A stretch of DNA of 30,104 nucleotides from assembly GCA_964457855.1 (NCBI GenBank), contig CAYWEO010000012.1:1-30104 (forward strand), in the 5' to 3' direction. Below the pieces are notes generated by a model. The model did no database searches. It was not told the DNA's origin and saw nothing but the letters and a program-made list of their open reading frames with translations. This document shows, piece after piece, positions 1 to 6,257 of the stretch. The DNA is from an uncultured Opitutales bacterium. GTDB lineage: Bacteria; Verrucomicrobiota; Verrucomicrobiia; Opitutales; CAYWEO01. The translations under genes were made by a program, and so were the position numbers. Numbering within the stretch: the first letter of the stretch is position 1; every line of letters starts with the position of its first letter.

Positions 1-354
1 TCACTCCTAAACCCCTTGGCAAGAAAAAAATGCGGGTTTTTTTAGGGAAATAAAAGCTACTCTCTGCGCCTAAGCAAACTGGGTAGTTTCGACCACTTTC
101 TGTGCCTGCATCTACCGACTCACGAACTGATCCTGTAATTTGTTTTCAAAGACAACCCGGTTGCTGAAGATGCCGGATCGATGGGCCTCTTTGCAGGGAT
201 TTTCGCCTACACTTGATTTCCTGCGCCGAAGGGTTGCTGTTGACGACTTTCCGGATTGGCAACGCATCAAATGTGTCAAAAAAAGCTTGTGGAGACGCAT
301 CTATAACGTTGGGGGCGAGGGCTACTTCTCAGTTTTCTCAAAAAATTTATTTTT

Positions 355-395
355 CACAAAAAAACCAGCCCGGCGGTTTTGCTTGGCCGAGCTGG
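355..395 (-). terminator. Rho-independent terminator of CC-LRR paralog 1
   Basis: The minus strand reads CCAGCTCGGC-caagcaaaacc-GCCGGGCTGG followed by TTTTTTTGTG (10-bp stem with one G-U pair). It lies about 120 nt downstream of the stop at 516. Confidence 0.65.
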
Positions 396-408
396 GGGGT
401 AGGGGTTT

Positions 409-441
409 CCGCTAGCGCTCGTAATGGGCTAGCGGAGGGGG
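409..441. repeat. Conserved 3'-flank motif of CC-LRR genes, copy 1 (hairpin ccgctagc/gctagcgg around gctcgtaatgg, then G-run)
   Basis: ccgctagcgctcgtaatgggctagcggaggggg lies between the paralog 1 stop and its terminator. The central gctcgtaatggg and the trailing gcggaggggg recur at 4162-4197. Confidence 0.7.
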
Positions 442-515
442 TTGTTTTTTGATAACCTTGCCCCTAATTTCTATTTTTTCGGTTCTATTCCTGATGTCTA
501 TTTAGGTGGCTTGGT

Positions 516-2270
516 TTATTTACTATTACTAAGCACGATCCACTTGCGCTCTGTTTGATTCGTGGTGTTGTTGAATGTCGCGATTTCCAGTTTTCTGCCA
601 CTCTTATTTTTTACTTCGTCTGCAGTTAATAACTCGGATACCTCAAATCCTACGTTGGATAAAGCACTGCGCAAATACGGTATATTGTCGCAACTACTCT
701 TGGTTATGCCAACAAACGCAAGCTTTGGATTCTGCTTGATTAAGTTCGCCATTCCGCTAGGCGTGAGGGTGGCTCCAGTGCAATATTCTACGCCTATCGA
801 TTCCAGACTATTGTATTTGGATAATGCGTTGAGCGAACCGTCAGCGATAGAGGAATAGGCTAGGTTAACGACTATGACATCGAGGTTCGCCATTCCCTCT
901 GTCACAGCTTTATGCGTCAGCGCGGAACCCACTTGAGAAAAATCAATCCAATCTAAATTCTTGCATTGCTTAGTTAAATGGATAACATCCTCATCTTGGA
1001 GTTTATCTTTGCCGTTATTGTTTACGTCACGACAAGAATTGCTCAGGTCTACCTTAAGTACATTATGGCAATTGTCTGCCAATGTATTGACGACTTCCCG
1101 TGTTAAGCGAAGGCAATTATTAAACGCAACACTTTGCGTATTTTTATACTTTTCAAAAATAGGACAAATACTGGCGTCTGTAACGATGCAATTTTTTTCA
1201 CCTTGTTGAATTGCTATCTTTAATGGCAACTGGGCGCATTCGCTTTCGTTAAAGAATGATGGAAGGAAGATTTGGAAGAACCCTTGAATTTTTTCATCGG
1301 TAGTAGTCGCTGGGAAGATAAAGGAGTTTTTTTCAATGTCCTTTTCCAGCATGTCCTTTATTTTATTATATGTATTTTCGTCATTCTTTAGAACTCCCTC
1401 AAATGTCTTTTTATCCAATTTTGCGACATCTTTGTAGTTAATGACAACCTTTCCGGATTCCTCGTTGTACGCAGACAAAATGTCCTTAATCACCTTTCTC
1501 ACGAGCTGCACTTTCGCGTCATTTCCATTCAGCGACTGGTTTGCGAATGCGTTATTGTTCGAGCTCGAACCGCCACTGTAAGCAGATTGTTCGATCGATA
1601 TTCCTTGATCTTGGAGGCCGTAACTGAGGTTTTGAGGTGCTTTAAACTCTAAATTCAGATTTGATGAATTCAGAATATTGTTGTTGTTGTTAAGACTAAT
1701 ACCTGAGGGGGTTTGGCTAGACTGCACGTCAGATCCTTCAGGCGCGCCAATAATGGCGTTGAGTGCGCTTTTATTGCCAGCAATGGTATACCCCTTTGAG
1801 CGGAAATAGCGCATGCATTCTATCGCGTCTTTTTTCGCGTCTTGGACCTGCTCTTCGTCGCCACCAGAAATGTCTTTCACGGAGTTCAGAAAGGAAGCCC
1901 ATTGCAAAGGATTCACAACCATCTTTTTGGCGTTATGACGCATCGTGCAAAGCGCCTTAACAGACGGGTAACATTCCTCTAGCGTTGCTAAACGTTCCAA
2001 CATTTCCAAGTCCTTACTGTTCAAACTCGACAGATTCGACTGCAAAAACATCTGCGAGTTCGACAGATTGAAAGTCGAACTCTGCGGATTGGTATTCGCA
2101 AAGAATGAATTCTGATTCTGCGGACTAAAGAAAGAGCCATTCAGTTCCTCTTTCTCGTTCTTTTTCATGGCGAAACCGCCAGTGGTGAGCGATCCTGCGA
2201 TCACTGACCCGATAATGAGATTTTTTAGAGTATTGTTCATAAAATGTTGTGTTTTAGATAACAACAACAC
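516..2270 (-). CDS. Exported eukaryote-like cysteine-containing LRR (CC-LRR) protein, paralog 1 of 3, with N/S/Q-rich low-complexity regions
   Basis: 584-codon ORF. The start is ambiguous: GTG 2270 has GAGGA 5 nt upstream, and in-frame ATG 2240 gives MNNTLKNLIIGSVIAGSLTTGGFA. That signal-peptide-like N-terminus has DNA 57/66 identical (hand alignment) to that of paralog 2613..3956. The C-terminal half is built of cysteine-containing LRR units (NCLRLTREVVNTLADNCHNVLKVDLSNSC; LTKQCKNLDWIDFSQ). It is collinear with 4245..5336 (FFQIFLPSFFNESECAQLPLKIAI vs LFKIFLPCFFDSKERAKLPLSVAI). Confidence 0.75.
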   Translation of the reverse strand: MLLLSKTQHFMNNTLKNLIIGSVIAGSLTTGGFAMKKNEKEELNGSFFSPQNQNSFFANTNPQSSTFNLSNSQMFLQSNLSSLNSKDLEMLERLATLEECYPSVKALCTMRHNAKKMVVNPLQWASFLNSVKDISGGDEEQVQDAKKDAIECMRYFRSKGYTIAGNKSALNAIIGAPEGSDVQSSQTPSGISLNNNNNILNSSNLNLEFKAPQNLSYGLQDQGISIEQSAYSGGSSSNNNAFANQSLNGNDAKVQLVRKVIKDILSAYNEESGKVVINYKDVAKLDKKTFEGVLKNDENTYNKIKDMLEKDIEKNSFIFPATTTDEKIQGFFQIFLPSFFNESECAQLPLKIAIQQGEKNCIVTDASICPIFEKYKNTQSVAFNNCLRLTREVVNTLADNCHNVLKVDLSNSCRDVNNNGKDKLQDEDVIHLTKQCKNLDWIDFSQVGSALTHKAVTEGMANLDVIVVNLAYSSIADGSLNALSKYNSLESIGVEYCTGATLTPSGMANLIKQNPKLAFVGITKSSCDNIPYLRSALSNVGFEVSELLTADEVKNKSGRKLEIATFNNTTNQTERKWIVLSNSK

Positions 2271-2352
2271 TTTTTCCTCTTAACGCAGAGCTTGTCAAAC
2301 CTTTTGCTGCTCTTCGCAAATAAATAACAACAACAACACGCGCAACTACGAG

Positions 2353-2400
2353 TACTTTTTTTAACTTTTTTGGCAACTCACAAACGACGCCACAAAAAAC
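2353..2400. repeat. Conserved inter-paralog block (terminator tail plus downstream leader), copy 1
   Basis: actttttttaacttttttggcaactcacaaacgacgccacaaaaaacc aligns almost base for base with 4082-4130. Confidence 0.75.
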
Positions 2401-2425
2401 CAGCCCGGCGTTTCGGCCAGGCAGG
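2392..2425 (-). terminator. Rho-independent terminator of CC-LRR paralog 2
   Basis: The minus strand reads CCTGCCTGGC-cgaaac-GCCGGGCTGG followed by TTTTTTGT (one mismatch, one G-U pair). The right arm and T-tract are identical to the 355..395 terminator. Confidence 0.6.
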
Positions 2426-2517
2426 ATGTGTGTGGATTATATTTCTCTTATTTAAGTACTATCTTGAAGTTTTTTATGATTCCGGGTGATTTATCCATAT
2501 CGTATGGACCCACCGAT

Positions 2518-2548
2518 CAGTTTGTGTCCTTTATCCAAACACAAACTG
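2518..2548. repeat. Perfect 10-bp inverted repeat, function unknown
   Basis: cagtttgtgt (2518-2527), an 11-nt loop, then acacaaactg (2539-2548). It lies 65 nt downstream of the paralog 2 stop, with no adjacent T-tract on either strand. Confidence 0.5.
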
Positions 2549-2612
2549 ACCATTTTACACTTTGACAGCCCCTCATCGAAGCATCTGTAAGATCGCAACA
2601 GCCACGATTTAA

Positions 2613-3956
2613 TCAGAAGTCACCGCGGTAGAATGTTTTCTCTTTCGTGCTATTATCATTTCCTATGAACGTAATCTTGCGCTTTTTGGCATTACTTTGC
2701 TTCTCTATAGGCACCCAGAACCATGTTAGCAAATTGGATAGGTCATTATCCATAAACTGCAAATTACCTAACTTCGTGTCTTTTAAGTACACAGTGCGTA
2801 ATCGACTGCAATTCGTAATGACGCTGGCAATTGCCTTCACCGAGAAGCTGTTATTATTGCTTAAGTTAAGATAAACTAGCTTTTGAAGGGATGGAGACAT
2901 GTAAGCAATTACCTCATCGTTTAGAACATTAGGTCCTAGACCGTCCAATAAAACATTGACCAAGGAAGGACAATTTGTGCACAGTTTTTTAATGGATTCC
3001 GAATCAATCTTGCCCCCCATTAGACTGATAAATTTCAACGTCTTACTTTTAAGGTTCTGTATGGATTTACCGGCAAGCTTTTTCCATCCACACAAGTACA
3101 ATGCTTGCAGGTCCTTACAGTTTGATAACTTCTCAAACAACTCCGGATGACTTGAAAGATTGTCACAGCTAAAGTTCAGATTAAGAATCTGCAACTTACT
3201 GCAATTTTTTTGCAGTGCCTTGATAAACTTATCCGTAACAGCGCTCGGGCAGGAATGTAGTACGATTTGTTTAAGTTTGTTGCCTTCTTGTACCAAATTC
3301 TCCAAATGACTCTCTGGTGTCAGCTTGCTGCAACTGTTGCACAAATCAAGAACTTCTAAAACAAAATTAGGACAATTGCTTGCAAGTTCGACAATAAAAT
3401 TATCCGTAACAGCCTTTTCGCAGGAATGTAGTACGATTTTTTTAATACCCTTAAATTTTTTGACTATGGTGATGAGGGCAAATTCGGTAAGGCTCGACTG
3501 TTCGTTGGGAGCCGCACCTGCATTGAAAGATAGCTTTAATGGCAGAGTGGCCAATTCTTGGCTATCAAAGAATAAAGACAGGGAATCGAAAAACCACTTA
3601 ACTTCTTTCTCAGTAGTGTCTTTCGAGAAAAGTATGAAGGCGTCAGTTTCCATTATGATATTTCGCAATTTATCCTTCAACTTATTGAAAACAGTAGTAC
3701 TGTCTGAACTAGGAAGATTGTTCAAAGCTTCAAATTTGTCCGGTTTGAAGAAATCCACAAAACTGTCACAAGTAATCACGCCTCCAGGTAGCAGGGCGTC
3801 CACCATCTCGGCTATCTTATTAGTTCTAGCGATGTCCTGAGTGATGACAGTCAAAGCATTCTTGATCTGATTAAACGACTGCATCCCAAACCCGCCAGTG
3901 GTGAGCGATCCGACGATCACTGACCCGATTAATAGATTTTTTAGATAATTTTTCAT
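2613..3956 (-). CDS. Exported eukaryote-like CC-LRR protein, paralog 2 of 3
   Basis: The ORF track gives 2613..4031. I prefer ATG 3956: GGAG lies 5 nt upstream, and MKNYLKNLLIGSVIVGSLTTGGFG matches the paralog 1 N-terminus. CC-LRR units are textbook: KKIVLHSCEKAVTDNFIVELASNCPNF, LEVLDLCNSCSKLT, KQIVLHSCPSAVTDKFIKALQKNCSKLQILNL, LSNCKDLQALYLCGWKKL. It shares the pre-LRR block FFDSLSLFFDSQELATLPLKLSF with the other two paralogs. Confidence 0.8.
   Translation of the reverse strand: MKNYLKNLLIGSVIVGSLTTGGFGMQSFNQIKNALTVITQDIARTNKIAEMVDALLPGGVITCDSFVDFFKPDKFEALNNLPSSDSTTVFNKLKDKLRNIIMETDAFILFSKDTTEKEVKWFFDSLSLFFDSQELATLPLKLSFNAGAAPNEQSSLTEFALITIVKKFKGIKKIVLHSCEKAVTDNFIVELASNCPNFVLEVLDLCNSCSKLTPESHLENLVQEGNKLKQIVLHSCPSAVTDKFIKALQKNCSKLQILNLNFSCDNLSSHPELFEKLSNCKDLQALYLCGWKKLAGKSIQNLKSKTLKFISLMGGKIDSESIKKLCTNCPSLVNVLLDGLGPNVLNDEVIAYMSPSLQKLVYLNLSNNNSFSVKAIASVITNCSRLRTVYLKDTKLGNLQFMDNDLSNLLTWFWVPIEKQSNAKKRKITFIGNDNSTKEKTFYRGDF
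3104..3446. repeat. Intragenic tandem duplication (171-bp / 57-codon period) within CC-LRR paralog 2
   Basis: Block 3231-3275 (atccgtaacagcgctcgggcaggaatgtagtacgatttgtttaag) matches block 3402-3446 (atccgtaacagccttttcgcaggaatgtagtacgatttttttaat). They are 38/45 identical and offset by exactly 171 nt. They encode LKQIVLHSCPSAVTD and IKKIVLHSCEKAVTD. Confidence 0.8.
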
Positions 3957-4081
3957 ATGAACTCCATTTTTGTTGAATGTGATTGATATACAATTGCAAC
4001 CTGCCCCCTTGAAAAGGAAACCGATACGCAACTACGAACACTGTCTGCGCGAAAAAACACCTTGTCAAGGATTTGCGGGTG

Positions 4082-4130
4082 ACTTTTTTTGCAACTTTTT
4101 TGTAACTCAAAAACGACGCCACAAAAAACC
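4082..4130. repeat. Conserved inter-paralog block (terminator tail plus downstream leader), copy 2
   Basis: actttttttgcaacttttttgtaactcaaaaacgacgccacaaaaaacc; see 2353-2400. Confidence 0.75.
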
Positions 4131-4160
4131 CCAGCCTGGCGTTTTTTCGCCGGACTGGGG
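4122..4160 (-). terminator. Rho-independent terminator of CC-LRR paralog 3
   Basis: The minus strand reads CCCCAGTCCGGCG-aaaaaa-CGCCAGGCTGGGG followed by TTTTTTG (13-bp stem with one mismatch and one G-U pair). It lies about 85 nt downstream of the stop at 4245. Confidence 0.65.
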
Positions 4161-4161
4161 G

Positions 4162-4197
4162 CCGCTAATGCTCGTAATGGGCTGGCGGAGGGGGGGG
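4162..4197. repeat. Conserved 3'-flank motif of CC-LRR genes, copy 2
   Basis: ccgctaatgctcgtaatgggctggcggagggggggg lies between the paralog 3 stop and its terminator. The stem is degraded but the loop sequence and G-run are retained. Confidence 0.7.
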
Positions 4198-4244
4198 TAT
4201 GGAGGATTTTTGATTGTTTTGTTTTACGCTATTACGCTATAATG

Positions 4245-5336
4245 CTATAGTACGAGCCACTCGTAGCCTTGGTTGAATGGGTAGTCGCAGTTCGTGGTCA
4301 CTTTGATCTTTCTTCCCGTCGCGCGTTCCGCATCATCGTCGTAGTGAAAACGGTAGACATTATTAATGCCTAGTTTGAGTAACCTCTGAGACAAAGACCA
4401 CATACAATTGCAAGAACTGTTGGTGAGTCCAAAGAAGTTCAGCGTGGGGCATCCCAGGACGAATTTCGCAATCATGTCGACTGTCAGCAGCTCATCCTTA
4501 CACTCTTCTATGCTAAGTTGCCTGATTTCCTTATTGTGGCTGAGCAATGACTCAAGGGAATAGTCGCTGATATTGGCGCCGTTCAAGCAAACAGCCCGCA
4601 CATCTTTTAGTAGGCTGATTCCATTGATAACGGCAGCATCTGTTAACTTAGAGGCTTTTTGGCTGAGATCAATTCTCACTAAACGCTTGCAATGGCGTGC
4701 TAGTTGGATGACATCTGCATCTTGCATGGCATGCTTGCCCATATGGACCAAATCGCAACAAGAATTGTGGAGCACGGCGCTCAGCAAATTGTGGCAGTGG
4801 GCGGACAAATTGTGCATGAATTTATTGGTGACGTTGCCGCAGTCATACAAAAATATGTTTTCTAAATTTTTATAGGTTGTGGCAATGTAACACATGCTGG
4901 CGTCCGTTATTGAGGAGCCCTTGGTGTCTTTTTCTCCCCCAATCGCGACACTTAGTGGCAATTTGGCGCGTTCCTTTGAATCAAAAAAACAGGGGAGGAA
5001 GATTTTGAAAAGTCCAAGAATCTCTTTGTCTCCTGTGCCTTTGGGGAAATTAATGACGTTTTCCTGAAGGGTTTTCTCTAACATTTGTTTTATTTTATGC
5101 TTCGCATTTTTGTCGGCTTTCAGGACGTGCTGTAAGGCGTGTTCATCTAACTTGGAGATGGTTTTGAGGTCGAGGTAAAGAGGGTGTCCTGGTGAATCGC
5201 TGTTTAGTAGATTTGTAACAACTTCTTTAGCGAGTTCTTGTTTTACGTTATTCTGTTTGACGATGGAAACTCTCTTGATGTTCTTTATTTTTTTTGCTTT
5301 TGATTTCTTTTTAGGTTTTGATGGTATTATGCTCAT
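4245..5336 (-). CDS. Eukaryote-like CC-LRR protein, paralog 3 of 3, polybasic (NLS-like) N-terminus instead of a signal peptide
   Basis: 363-codon ORF starting at ATG 5336, with a sigma70-like promoter about 90-120 nt upstream. There is no hydrophobic N-terminal segment; the N-terminus reads MSIIPSKPKKKSKAKKIKNIKR. CC-LRR units include NIFLYDCGNVTNKFMHNLSAHCHNL, LARHCKRLVRIDLSQKASKLTDAAV and LSIEECKDELLTVDMIAKFVLGCPTL. Confidence 0.8.
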   Translation of the reverse strand: MSIIPSKPKKKSKAKKIKNIKRVSIVKQNNVKQELAKEVVTNLLNSDSPGHPLYLDLKTISKLDEHALQHVLKADKNAKHKIKQMLEKTLQENVINFPKGTGDKEILGLFKIFLPCFFDSKERAKLPLSVAIGGEKDTKGSSITDASMCYIATTYKNLENIFLYDCGNVTNKFMHNLSAHCHNLLSAVLHNSCCDLVHMGKHAMQDADVIQLARHCKRLVRIDLSQKASKLTDAAVINGISLLKDVRAVCLNGANISDYSLESLLSHNKEIRQLSIEECKDELLTVDMIAKFVLGCPTLNFFGLTNSSCNCMWSLSQRLLKLGINNVYRFHYDDDAERATGRKIKVTTNCDYPFNQGYEWLVL

Positions 5337-5426
5337 ACAATGGTGGTTTGTGTTAATAATGTGGTTGGTAACCTCTCTGAGTCGGCTAGTGTGGTGCGAC
5401 CGGTTGAATAGAAAGGCAAGGCACTC

Positions 5427-5455
5427 ATTCTATTACAAAAGAAACACTTTGTCAA
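5427..5455 (-). promoter_or_regulatory. Sigma70-like promoter for CC-LRR paralog 3
   Basis: The minus strand reads TTGACA (5455-5450), a 17-nt spacer, then TAGAAT (5432-5427). It lies about 90 nt upstream of ATG 5336, in the gap after the exonuclease gene. Confidence 0.55.
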
Positions 5456-5530
5456 TACGAAAATTTTTGCACAAACCCAAAATGATAAGCGGCAAGGGCT
5501 CCCTTTTAGGTGTTGTTCGGTTTGTACGCC

Positions 5531-6208
5531 CTAAAGCGTCGGGAGTCGTTCTTGAGAGAAGTCGTGCCAGCGTAGGCGGGAGTTGGGGAAGCTCAAGAAG
5601 AAAAAGTGTTTGGGGAGCAAGTGGTTGCAGCTGGGCGTCTGGAGGATTTTCTGGAACAAAAGTGCAGATGCGAGGGCGTCGTAAAGGGCACAGTGCGCCT
5701 TTTGGCGATTCTTTGGACAAAGGCGCTGAGAGAGTTGGGTTAATGTGTCCTTTAGCTCGAAATGGCGGATGAGCCCCATGAGTTTGTAGTCTTTCAAATT
5801 AGGGAACAAATTTTGGTAGATAAACAGCGTGTCGATCCACGGCCCCCAGTCGATTTGGGACGTGTTTGGGCTGAAAAATGAGGGGACTTTCCCGACGTAC
5901 GGCCATGCCTCTTTGATAAGAGAATTCTCCGACGCGGCGTTGTGGGCGGCAAACGGACCGATTTTGCGCAAGCGTTTGAAGACGATAAAATCGTCAGAAA
6001 ATGGGGGAAAGTTCTGCGCAATTTGGGTTTTAATGCCATGAATGCCGTATTCGATGGGCGGAATTGGGTGGGTCGGTGCGCATAAACGCGTTAAGACGTT
6101 GTCAATCTGCCTGTTTCTCAATGCTACGATTCCATATTCCACGACTCCTGAGGTCTTGCTGCCCTCGAAATCGATGAAATGAACAACTGTTTTTTCCCAA
6201 CTCTGCAT
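5531..6208 (-). CDS. DEDDh-type 3'-5' exonuclease (DnaQ/epsilon-like domain protein)
   Basis: 225-codon ORF. The three exonuclease motifs are readable in order: HFIDFEGS (Exo I, D-x-E), FAAHNAASEN (Exo II-like, acidic residue apparently Glu) and AHCALYDALA (Exo III, H-x4-D). Confidence 0.65.
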   Translation of the reverse strand: MQSWEKTVVHFIDFEGSKTSGVVEYGIVALRNRQIDNVLTRLCAPTHPIPPIEYGIHGIKTQIAQNFPPFSDDFIVFKRLRKIGPFAAHNAASENSLIKEAWPYVGKVPSFFSPNTSQIDWGPWIDTLFIYQNLFPNLKDYKLMGLIRHFELKDTLTQLSQRLCPKNRQKAHCALYDALASALLFQKILQTPSCNHLLPKHFFFLSFPNSRLRWHDFSQERLPTL

Positions 6209-6257
6209 GATTGACTTTCTTAGAGAAGAGCATTGTGATAATCTTCTTTAGAACGCA

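Noticed and set aside
112-452. Small ORFs at the left edge (112..300 minus; 140..415 and 213..452 plus), considered as possible genes or gene remnants.
   Set aside because: They show no recognisable motif, no RBS and mutual overlap, and they run through the paralog 1 terminator and conserved 3'-flank element. The region 1-515 is best left as non-coding. I could not identify any RNA gene in it either.
516-5336. Looked for an F-box, U-box, BTB or other ubiquitin-ligase module N-terminal to the CC-LRR domains.
   Set aside because: I could not find the LPxE(I/L)L...W pattern of an F-box or any other recognisable module by eye. The ubiquitin-mimicry idea is therefore left as a possibility to test, not a call.
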